Shown here one piece after another: positions 53,303 through 63,912 of a DNA stretch of 64,000 bases (within the stretch, counting starts at the first letter, position 1; every line of letters begins with the position of its first letter). The translations under genes and the position numbers were made by a program. This stretch comes from Balanoglossus misakiensis (lineage: Eukaryota > Animalia > Hemichordata), in NCBI GenBank assembly GCA_040954595.2, contig CM082579.2, positions 13,021,834 through 13,085,833 of the forward strand, read 5' to 3'. Under the pieces are notes generated by a model. The model was not told the origin of the DNA. It made no database searches and worked only from the letters and a program-made list of their open reading frames with translations.

Positions 53303-54800
53303 CACTTTCGCTGCGGGAGGGCATTTTCTGCGCCGGCAGTCAGAATGCGGGAGGCGCATAAATGCGCCAAGATCGCGTCCGTTACTTGGTCTGTTCTATT
53401 TTATGTTCGTTGCTTATTTACTCATTTTGTATGACTATATATAGGACAGGGGTCAACCCTAATTGAGCATGCGCATATGTATTGTAAACAATCAAGTCGA
53501 TTTTGTCATCAAAGGGTTTCCTTATACAGCTGATTTTAGGTCGCCCCGATCATATTTTTTCATTCACTTGGTATTTAAAAATGGCGACATGGGCAAAGTT
53601 TGATGCCGACGAAGTTCTTGAACAAGTCTTTCAGGATAGTGACAGCGATCATAGCGATAGCGGAAGCCAAATTACGGACAACAACATCATAGAACCAGAA
53701 AAAGAAGCCAGACACGGAGACAACAGAGTAGAGACAGAGAGAGAGGGAGGGTTTTTGTCATGTTCTCGGACGTCGTAACGTTGATGGTGAAACGCGGTGG
53801 GTTTTGTATGACGTAAATGACAATTACACACCGGACTGGTTGTCTGTATACGATCGTCGCTAAGGTTTATTAGTTGACACTGATGACTTTGCACCGGTTG
53901 ACTTTTTTCAGCTGTTCTTTCCTGGTGATGTGTTTGAGTTGATGTCATTGTCAGAGCAAACTGATATGTACACCGCACAATTTTTTGACAACCCTGCAAT
54001 TGATGAGTTGCCCTTCCGGTCAAGATTTCGCTAGATGCCTACTTCACTGAATTAAATGAAGGCGTAGGTTTCTTTGCAAATCTTGATGGGACTTTGCCAG
54101 AAGTCTATGTTGTCAGAGTATTATATCCATTTGAAATGAATTGCCAAAACAGTACTATGCTAATGAATTTTTTTTTAATGTGTGTATATTCATATTTACC
54201 AACCTTGATTTCTTCAACTTGCAATTCATTAAAACGTAGAGTATTTAATAAATTACTTAATTAATTTATTTTATTATTATTATTTATTTTCAAGTTCAAT
54301 CATTCACCTTTTCACTAATAATCTATATTTCTTTCTCAGATTTTAAACATGTATACATGTAAATGGTGGGCATGATTTGATAATTGTTTTTATGGTCCAT
54401 TAATAAATTTGATCAAATTTCTTGCTCAAAAGTCACTTGTTATTCCCTTTTATACAGGGGGAAGTTGTTTTTGACTATGTTTGTCTGTCAGCTGTGATAC
54501 AATGAATTAAATACAGTATTTCAGTCACTTATATTACAATATCTGTTGTTTTTACCATATTTCGACAGAAATCCATTATGGCTGCCAGTGTCACATGACC
54601 AATTAATGGTCATGTGACCATTTTTCAGTTTTATTATGTTGGTTGTCTTATAAAATATACTTGCTGGAAATATCATTGCATATACTTTCATATTACAAGA
54701 GATAGAGAGGGTAAAGTAAAACATTGTTTATTAGTTAAATTTACCATAGGAAACTACGCACAGGAATACATTAGCATATATTAACTACGCAGTGAAAGTG
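53303..54800 (+). mobile_element. Non-autonomous piggyBac element (1498 bp) with intact TIRs and TTAA TSD
   Basis: TTAA|CACTTTCGCTGCG ... CGCAGTGAAAGTG|TTAA (13-bp TIR, 1 mismatch). The satellite phase is continuous across the insertion, and a transposase relic lies inside. Confidence 0.93.
53581..54125 (+). pseudogene. Degenerate N-terminal piggyBac transposase (PGBD4-like)
   Basis: Acidic N-terminus MATWAKFDADEVLEQVFQDSDSDHSDS, then VDFFQLFFPGDVFELMSLSEQTDMYTAQFF...LPFRSRFR and MKA*VSLQILMGLCQKSMLSEY. These match the piggyBac pattern PLDFFxLFF...ETNxYA...EMKAFxGLxIxMG. Stops and frameshifts present; catalytic DDD region absent. Confidence 0.85.
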
Positions 54801-57800
54801 TTAATGTTGACGCAAAGGTTGACCCCACCAAACACTCAAAATTAATGGGCAGCATACTGTCCACTCTGGCCTGGTAACTGTGTGCTCTGGTTATTGTTGA
54901 CGCAAAGGTTGACCCCACCAAACACTCAAAATTAATGGGCAGCATACTGTCCACTCTGGCCTGGTTACTGTCTGGCCTGGTTAATGTTGACGCAAAGGTT
55001 GACCGCACCAAACACTCAAAATTAATGGGCAGCATACTGTCCACTCTGGCCTGGTTACTGTGTGCTCTGGTTAATGTTGACGCAAAGGTTGACCCAACCA
55101 AACACTCAAAATTAATGGGCAGCATGCTGTCCACTGGTTAATGTTGACGCAAAGGTTGTCCCCACCAAACACTCAAAATTAATGGGCAGCATACTGTCCA
55201 CTCTGGCCTCAGGTTACTGTGTGCTCTGGTTAATGTTGATGCAAAGGTTGACCCCACCAAACACCCAAAATTAATGGGCAGCATACTGTCCACTCTGGCC
55301 TGGTTAATGTGTGCTCAGGTTAATGTTGATGCAAAGGTTGACCCCACCAAACACTCAAAATTAATGGGCAGCATACTGTCCACTCTGGCCTGGTTACTGT
55401 GTGCTCTGGTTAATGTTGACGCAAAGGTTGACCCCACCAAACACTCAAAATTAATGGGCAGCATACTGTCCACTCTGGCCTGGTTACTGTGTGCTCTGGT
55501 TAATGTTGACGCAAAGGTTGACCCCACCAAACACCCAAAATTAATGGGCAGCATACTGTCCACTCTGGCCAGGTTAATGTGTGCTCAGGTTAATGTTGAT
55601 GCAAAGGTTGACCCCACCAAACACTCAAAATTAATGGGCAGCATACTGTCCACTCTGGCCTGGTTACTGTGTGCTCTGGTTAATGTTGACGCAAAGGTTG
55701 ACCCCACCAAACACTCAAAATTAATGGGCAGCATACTGTCCACTGTGGCCTGGTTATTGTGTGCTGTGGTTAATGTTGACGCAAAGGTTGACCCCACCAA
55801 ACACTCAAAATTAATGGGCAGCATACTGTCCACTCTGGCCTGGTTATTGTGTGCTGTGGTTAATGTTGACACACAGGTTGACCCCACTAAACACTCAAAA
55901 TAAATGGGCAGCATACTGTCCACTCTGGCCTGGTTACTGTGTGCTCTGGTTAATGTTGACACACAGGTTGACCCCACTAAACACTCAAAATAAATGGGCA
56001 GCATACTGTCCACTCTGGCCTGGTTACTGTGTGCTCTGGTTAATGTTGACGCAAATGTTGATCCCACCAAACACACAAAATTAATGGGCAGCATATTGTC
56101 CACTCTGGCCTGGTTATTGTGTGCTGTGGTTAATGTTGACACACAGGTTGACCCTACTAAACACTCAAAATAAATGGGCAGCATACTGTCCACTCTGGCC
56201 TGGTTACTGTGTGCTCTGGTTAATGTTGACGCAAATGTTGATCCCACCAAACACACAAAATTAATGGGCAGCATATTGTCCACTCTGGCCTGGTTATTGT
56301 GTGCTGTGGTTAATGTTGACACACAGGTTGACCCCACTAAACACTCAAAATAAATGGGCAGCATACTGTCCACTCTGGCCTGGTTATTGTGTGCTCTGGT
56401 TAATGTTGACGCAAAGGTTGACATCACCTGCAAACACTCAAAATTAATGGGCAGCATACTGTCCACTCTGGCCTGGTTACTGTGTGCTCTGGTTAATGTT
56501 GACGCAAAGGTTGAGTCCCCACCAAACACTCAAAATTAATGGGCAGCATACTGTCCACTCTGGCCTGGTTACTGTGTGCTCTGGTTAATGTTGACGCACA
56601 GGTTGACCTCACCAAACACTCAAAACTAATGGGCAGCATACTGTCCACTCTGGCCTGGTTACTGTGTGCTCTGGTTAATGTTGACGCAAAGGTTGACCCC
56701 ACCAAACACTCAAAATTAATGGGCAGCATACTGTCCACTCTGGCCTGGTAACTGTGTGCTCTGGTTAATGTTGACGCAAAGGTTGACCCCACCAAACACT
56801 CAAAATTAATGGGCAGCATACTGTCCACTCTGGCCTGGTTACTGTCTGGCCTGGTTAATGTTGACGCAAAGGTTGACCGCACCAAACACTCAAAATTAAT
56901 GGGCAGCATACTGTCCACTCTGGCCTGGTTACTGTGTGCTCTGGTTAATGTTGACGCAAAGGTTGACCCAACCAAACACTCAAAATTAATGGGCAGCATG
57001 CTGTCCACTGGTTAATGTTGACGCAAAGGTTGTCCCCACCAAACACTCAAAATTAATGGGCAGCATACTGTCCACTCTGGCCTCAGGTTACTGTGTGCTC
57101 TGGTTAATGTTGATGCAAAGGTTGACCCCACCAAACACCCAAAATTAATGGGCAGCATACTGTCCACTCTGGCCTGGTTAATGTGTGCTCAGGTTAATGT
57201 TGATGCAAAGGTTGACCCCACCAAACACTCAAAATTAATGGGCAGCATACTGTCCACTCTGGCCTGGTTACTGTGTGCTCTGGTTAATGTTGACGCAAAG
57301 GTTGACCCCACCAAACACTCAAAATTAATGGGCAGCATACTGTCCACTCTGGCCTGGTTACTGTGTGCTCTGGTTAATGTTGACGCAAAGGTTGACCCCA
57401 CCAATCACCCAAAATTAATGGGCAGCATACTGTCCACTCTGGCCTGGTTACTGTGTGCTCTGGTTAATGTTGACGCACAGGTTGTCCCCACCAAACACTC
57501 AAAATTAATGGGCAGCATACAGTCCACTCTGGCCTCAGGTTACTGTGTGCTCTGGTTAATGTTGATGCAAAGGTTGATCCCACCAAACACTCAAAATTAA
57601 TGGGCTGCATACTGTCCACTCTGGCCTGGTTACTGTGTGCTCTGGTTAATGTTGACGCAAAGGTTGACCCCACCAAACACTCAAAATTAATGGGCTGCAT
57701 ACAGTCCACTCTGGCCTGGTTACTGTGTGCTCTGTTTAATGTTGACGCAAAGGTTGACCCCACCAAACACTCAAAATTAATGGGCAGAATACTGTACACT

Positions 57801-57884
57801 CTGGCCTGATTACTGTCTGGCTTGGTTAATGTTGACACAAAGGTTGACCGCAGCAAACACTGCAAATTGAACGATTATTCTCCC

Positions 57885-58188
57885 TTATGTATTTACTGTC
57901 ATCGTTTGGGTTGGGGTGGCAAGCATCTGCCCTGGTACACTAGACAAACGAGCCAAAAATGAAATGTGGCTGCTGAAGGGGTTTGGTGTGGAGGGGGTGT
58001 TAGAAAATGTTGTAAAATAAAAGGGCACGAAATTGCTATTTGTGGACTTAAAAGCAAAAGTTTGGTGGCAAAAGTATGTGACCACTCTAAACGTTAAAAA
58101 ACCCAGATGACCCCAACGTTTGGACTTCAAAATTTATGTGACCCCCCTGGATTTTGCCGGCCCTTGGCCGTAAAAACTGAACGGTCCC
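57885..58188 (+). mobile_element. Right-end fragment of the PIF/Harbinger-like family seen at 16136
   Basis: Internal GGGGTGGCAAG...CCCTGGTACACTAGACAAAC motif and terminus GCCGTAAAAACTGAACGGTCCC|TTA, the reverse complement of the 16136 terminus. Confidence 0.75.
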
Positions 58189-59071
58189 TTAGAGCCCTTG
58201 ACAAGTGGTTTTCCCCCTGCCAAGCACCCACCTTAGCAGGCTGCATTCAATATTACATGAGCAACATGCGCAGCATTTCACCTTGTTCCTTTCACCCATA
58301 TACCAAACAACTGTTCTCCAAACATATCTGCTCATCATCCACTACACACTGAGAGAGCACCAAGTGTCCTTGACGCTATTTTTTAGATATATCTCTCGTC
58401 ACGCCAATCATATCCCCGACCCAGCACAATCCATAACTTTTTGTGTAGAGTATATCTACTGTTTGTGATTATTTATGGTATCAGCAATTCGAATACGTTT
58501 CTTTCCTATGGCATTTTCGACAAGCATCAACGCCCTGGCAAAAGTAACGTTGTCGACTTACGCTGCGACCGCGATCTACTGTCTATGCCGCAATTAACAT
58601 CTAAACAAAGCAAACATTTTCGCATGGTTCATTTACAGCTTGCATTGCTTTTTTGGGCTCTATGTGTATTTCTGTCGATCAGTATACTCGATGACCGGCG
58701 GGCTCAAGTTTAATCTAGGTATATTTTGGGCAGCAGAACCCCTCCCAAGTTTGGTAGGGAAATTGTACCCGTCACTAGCTAGCCAAGTCGGCCGCGTGTT
58801 ACGGCTGTGTTGCTATCGGCGAGTCCAATCACACGCGGTTGAAGGCACAGTCCTGAATCGAGCGTCGCAGCCGTCAGAGCGATCGTCATCTCGCTGTCCT
58901 CTACACTTACTATATGTACCGGTAGTTCACTGTAACAACAGTGCTCTTATTCAATATAGATCGTTTTCGTTTATCTGGCTAGCACAAATTGGCGATCTGT
59001 TTATTGGATTAGTTAAGGTGGTAAACTGTTGCGATTCGTGTGTGTAGTACATCGCAACTAGTCCATTATAG

Positions 59072-59577
59072 TGTCATGTCTCCCAATTGTGGGTAGAACA
59101 CGTTGTCGGGTGAGGGTGAAGGTGATGATGGTTGATGAAGAGACGGGAACACATGCGGAGTGTAGATTTAAACGCCGATGACTTTATTTAGAAAGGCCAG
59201 CCGTGGACACACACAGGACAAGCCTGCAGTCCCGGCTGGACCAGCGGAACGACCGCACTCCTAGAATTCTGGAACTGAACTACCCTCACTAAGATACAGC
59301 ATCATTTTATAACACATCAATCTGCTTGCGTGGGGTCTGTACAAAACACTATTGTTCTTCGCCCAAGCTGATAACAAGACAAAGACATACTTTAACATTT
59401 ACAATAATGATAGCCCAGGCTGAAGAATTATACAAAGACTCTACTTCACAGTTACAATTCCGACAAAGGGACAAATGAAACTTGGAATGCGGGCTTCTGC
59501 ATGGATGTAACTACATTTCCAAGGTGTGAACTCGCCAGCATGGTGTGCTAAGTTTCTAACGCTGTAGGTGTGTGACA
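59072..59577 (-). mobile_element. Solo LTR (506 bp), Gypsy-type
   Basis: TGTCA...TGACA termini with exact 4-bp TSD ATAG (59068-59071, 59578-59581). Minus-strand TATAAAA (~59305) lies upstream of AATAAA (~59183). Confidence 0.8.
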
Positions 59578-60732
59578 ATAGGGATTGAACATTTTGCCTT
59601 TAAAAACACGTGTGGACGGTGTAGGGTGGTTCTGAAACGGCTTAGATTTGAGAGGGCCTTGCAGGTCAGAGCTGATCCGATCGATTAAAAATGCTTACAA
59701 AGAAGAATAAATAACCAGCAATAAAGAGAAATGACAAGACTTTCAATTTTACGAATATTCTCGCGTACTTGCTCCGAGTCTATAGCATTTGTCACATTTT
59801 CAGACAAGTGAGCGAAATTCACTTTTCTGCTATAAACCACCTTTGGAAATATTTATATTGGCTTTCGCTGTGAAGCCATTATATAGTGTCACTGTTTATA
59901 CTTTAGGGCTGTTTTTCACTACACTGAATAATGTTGGAGCTCAGCGAGTGCCCTCGAGCGATATGTTTTTCAGTCTTAGAATATCCAAACGTAAACACAC
60001 CAAGTTTCCTACCAGGTGTTTGTATTTTAATTTTCTGGGGTTGAACACCGGTCGTGCAACATAGGCCTATACTATAGCTGCAATGACTGTGTGTTGCAGT
60101 TCGTTTGACTTGTACATAGCCTTTCTCGGACTGTATTTTGCAAGACAAACATGTTAAACTCGGTTGTCAGCATTGACAATCCCATAAATAATTTGGCATT
60201 GACCAGTTCAGGCTCACGTTCCCGTCCGCAGTTCATTTTGAAGATTATTTTTTATAGTACAGTATTTTATTACATCCGGGGCATGCCCTTAACAGGGTTG
60301 ACCTTTGGCCTTTCAAAAAAGCACTCTCCTCGAGCGCATCCCGCAGGCATAATTGAGGTCGTGATGATGAGACTCGGGTGTCGGTGCATCGACCAGAAGT
60401 AATATTTATATTGATTTATTGTGTTCTCCACACGAGTCATATTGAGATGAATCAAGGAGTTGTGGTCCAAGCAATGATGAGACAGGTACAATGTACACTA
60501 CAGTTTTCAGTTTGCAACACCCACATGTTGGTTAAGCCAGTTTCTTCTATGACTGCATTCAATCGATTAAGTGGCCAAAAATGCTAATTTTACCCTCGTT
60601 TCTTTTATTCTGCTGAGCAGAATCCTTACATGTACACGTAATGAGCATGCATAGGCGACGCCACACCACAACAAATATATATTATTGTGCAAAAATACGT
60701 AAAATGATTGTACGCAGTTTTATCGTTTTAAA

Positions 60733-61170
60733 CCCCGGTGCGGAAAGTACTGGGGTTCGGATTAACGTGTGTTTGTATAGTTGTTTATTTGGGAGTGGTC
60801 GTCGTGCATAATGACTGTGTAATTGATCTCATGTACACAGAAAATAATTGAACACTTTACACTTCCACGCGATTGACAGCTGTTTGAATGGCGTGGTTAT
60901 TGTTTCCCAGGGACACTTCTGAAAAGCACTGAAACCAGATTTCTCCCCAAATCATCGTTGTTTCAAAAGCTCGTGTACTTTTTCGTCGATAACTTTATGT
61001 TGTGTGTGTTTATAAAGCCAACTACTGTCGTTGTGTGGTGTAATTCTTTAAGCTTGGACCTGTTTGGACCGATTTTCATAGAGCCAAGATCGTTGGTGTT
61101 GTCTGTTGTCAGTCAAACGGCATTAAGATTCGCCACTGATTTGGGGGGTCTTTTATACCCCGCACCGGGG
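60733..61170. mobile_element. 438-bp MITE flanked by TTTAAA, with CCCC termini (piggyBac-like)
   Basis: TTTAAA|CCCCGGTGCGG ... CCGCACCGGGG|TTTAAA. Confidence 0.7.
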
Positions 61171-61325
61171 TTTAAACAAAAACATTTTGTGTACGTACAC
61201 ACAACAATTAATTTTCACTTTCTATGACAGTCAAAATCACCGATGACAAACCATGATTTGGCGAGTAAACGCAATACAAAGAAAAACACTGTAACGTTAG
61301 GATTTTGATTTTGGGATATTGTTAT

Positions 61326-61491
61326 ATATAATTCCCCCGTATTTCGAACGAGTGTGCCTGCGTTGCGGACGAGTGATTCCCCGTATAGCGGCCGTATCCC
61401 TCCGAGCCGTAGGCGGGGAGGGATACAGCTATACGGGGAATCACGAGTTCGCGACGCAGGTACACGAGTGAGGAATACGGGGGAATTATAT
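61326..61491 (+). other. 166-nt long hairpin with strand-specific non-canonical pairs
   Basis: ATATAATTCCCCCGTATT ... AATACGGGGGAATTATAT arms around a GCC-GTA-GGC apex. Mismatches are mostly G.T pairs and tandem GA/GA, plus one small asymmetric bulge. Confidence 0.85.
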
Positions 61492-61825
61492 GTTTATCAC
61501 ATACATAGATCCGCTAATTTTGATTTTCAAATGAAACTCTTTCTGGTTGCGATAACATTTGGAACTATATTGTGCAAAATTGAAGATCAATGTTATGCTT
61601 TCTCTCTCTGTCAGGTAAAGTAATACTCGCCCTGCGGGGGAGAATACTACTCGCAGTTGCACCGACCGTGTATATACTACCTACACAAAGCGATCGATGC
61701 CTATATTAACTATGACTAAATACTTAACAACTATCTTAAACGCTACATGTATATAGAAAGATGAGACAGAACTATAAGTGAAAGCTTATAAGTTGCAAGG
61801 ATATTACTTACGTCTTGATATAGAT

Positions 61826-63720
61826 CAGGTACAATTCGGTCTATCGGATCTCCAGCTCGTCGAAATGGCGTGCTTTCCCCAGGTCCGCCCACACTGCTGT
61901 TGGCCTCATCCATTGGTGCCGCTCCTGTCAGTCAGATCTCCGTGCTCCGCCTTCCACGGTCCTGGCTGGCTGTCGCCCTGGGCAACCGACTCCGGCTTCC
62001 AGTCATCCGGGGGTCCAAATGTAATTCCACTACACTCGTCCTACTTTTCTTTTTGGGAGATCCTCCCTGGGGCTATATGTCGGGTAATGGGAAGCCTGAA
62101 GCGGTGGGGTTCCCTGGAAACGTTCATCGGTCTGGTCCTGAAAATAAAAAGATCTTGGGTGGCCTGCCCATGGAGACGGGCACCAGAATACTCTCTGATA
62201 TTAGATTCCAGCCAGAGTGGCTGGATTGGGTTTTTTGTTATTTGACATGCATCTCCTCCGCCAGAGGCGGATAGTTGTGCATGCTCTTCCTCCGTCAGTG
62301 ACGGATTCCACTCTCTTGGCACTGCCCCTCGCTGCTCGTGTCATTTAGATCCTGTACAGAAGGCGGGCTTTCTCTGCCGTCTGTTCCTGTGTCAATGGAG
62401 GTCGGACGATCTCCCCCTTTTCTATCCACTCTGGACGCAGTTCCTGGGTTGTGTCCCTCGAGTAAATCTCCTCCCCCCTGTCCGATGACGGTCCCGCCTG
62501 GGGTTGGACCTCCCGAAATTCATCCCTCCGCGACTGGGTTGGGGATCTGGATCGGTTGGGACGTCTTCGCATGGCTGACGTCGGACTTCCCAGGGGGTTA
62601 AGTCTCCCCCTGCCTCCGACGTCGCCTCCAGCTCCAATGGCCGGATTGGTGACTGCAGCGGCAGTGGTTCCCGGTGTGGGATTGGCGGTTCCCGAAGTAG
62701 ATGTTGGTCTCTTTCCTCTCTCGCTGCTGCCCTCAGGGGTGACACTTGGGCGGGTGGTGGTTCCGGGCCTTTTGAAACGTCCATTACCTGGTATTCTCCA
62801 TATCTCGGTGCCGTACTCTTAGGTGTACCCCCGACCTGGGGTAAGCCGAGTACCTGTCGCTCTAGTTGGGGGTCCGGAAAAATACGTAGGGTCTCCTCAA
62901 GGTCATCGGCCGTGGTTATTGGAGGGTCCCTTGCGGAGATCAAGCCAGCATATCCCTCACGTACGCGGCCTGGGTGGAACTTGCGGGGTTTGGTTGTGCG
63001 TGTCCTCAGGGCCGCTTCAGGTGATACGGGCAGGTGGACTTCGGTTCTCTCCTTCCCGTATGCGTTCATGGCCTCCTCCCGCACAATGTCGATCCAACCA
63101 CTATCGCCAAGGACCGTTGCTACTTGGCCGCGTTCGCCCAGAATCGGGAACATCGTTTCCTTGCCAACCTCCAGCGGCCTCAGCCAAGGGGTGATACTGA
63201 GGGGATCCGACTCAAACAGCCGTTCTTTCATTTCGTGTGACTGTTTCTCTGTCCGTTTGGCCGCTGATTTTCCTGACAATTCCTACAAGTGGTCTGGGAG
63301 CTCTTTTTCGCCCTGCAGTGGAGTTTCTGAGAGTAGTTCAAGCTCGTTGACAGTGCCTGTGGCAATTTCGATGTCTTTGGTTAATGTCCGAAGAAGCTTT
63401 CCCCCGACTGCTGTCGCCACTACTGTTCCCGGCGGTATGGTGACGTTGTCATCGGTCGGGTTTACTAAACAGATGATTGGGGGCTGCCCCTTTTTACAGA
63501 AAGTCCGGGGCATAATGACCTCACCTAGTTTTACTGGTTTCACTATATAGTCGGGCATGTCCATGTCGATTGTCCCTGTTACCCTGGTCACGGAGTTCGG
63601 AGACAGGATAGTGCATGGAGCGACTGATATGTAAGCCACGTGCCACAGTGGTATGGTCCCCTTGCAGCAACGGGACATGCTGTTCTCCCACCTGGAGGAA
63701 GTTTTCTCGCATGTGGAGGA
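61826..63720 (-). mobile_element. Decayed Gypsy/Ty3-derived remnant (protease-RT spacer region followed by Pro/charged-rich coding-like sequence)
   Basis: GC-rich block. ORF 63283..63756 contains ...ICLVNPTDDNVTIPPGTVVATA...ELPDHL, resembling the spacer just upstream of RT in invertebrate Gypsy pol. The frame continues past a TAG into ORF 62422..63279. No RT, RNase H or integrase motifs are visible. Confidence 0.55.
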
Positions 63721-63912
63721 TGACCTGCTTGGATCAGTTAAATTTTCATGCCACAAATTTTGACAACATAGAAATAATTATTCATATAAAGAGCGTTTCA
63801 TTTGTTTATAGTTTTTTGGTGTAAGATATTTATTTGAGCAAAATAATTGTGATTGAAAATATATTGTTGTTAACCTTATTTAATAAGTTGAATTTATTTT
63901 AGTTTGTTACAG

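Larger units (their letters stand above)
51333..57869. repeat. 90-bp satellite array (~56 monomers) with higher-order duplication, interrupted by a piggyBac element
   Basis: Monomer GTTGACCCCACCAAACACTCAAAATTAATGGGCAGCATACTGTCCACTCTGGCCTGGTTACTGTGTGCTCTGGTTAATGTTGACGCAAAG. Diagnostic variant monomers recur at a 1874-bp offset once the insertion is excluded. Confidence 0.97.

Noticed and set aside
51345-57865. Long ORFs (up to 389 aa) on both strands with 30-aa repeats
   Set aside because: They are translations of the 90-bp satellite. Stops (AAATAA variants), 1-2-bp indels and a transposon insertion are tolerated and propagated, and there is no unique N- or C-terminal sequence.
16136-58188. 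Matching PIF/Harbinger-like left (16136/16786) and right (58188) termini as ends of one ~42-kb composite element
   Set aside because: The flanking trinucleotides differ (TAA vs TTA), and other fragments of the family occur in inverse orientation inside the 3.5-kb units, so independent copies are more parsimonious.
62556-63550. Plus-strand ORFs (88-212 aa) over the GC-rich block
   Set aside because: They are antisense shadows of the minus-strand retroelement-like frames.
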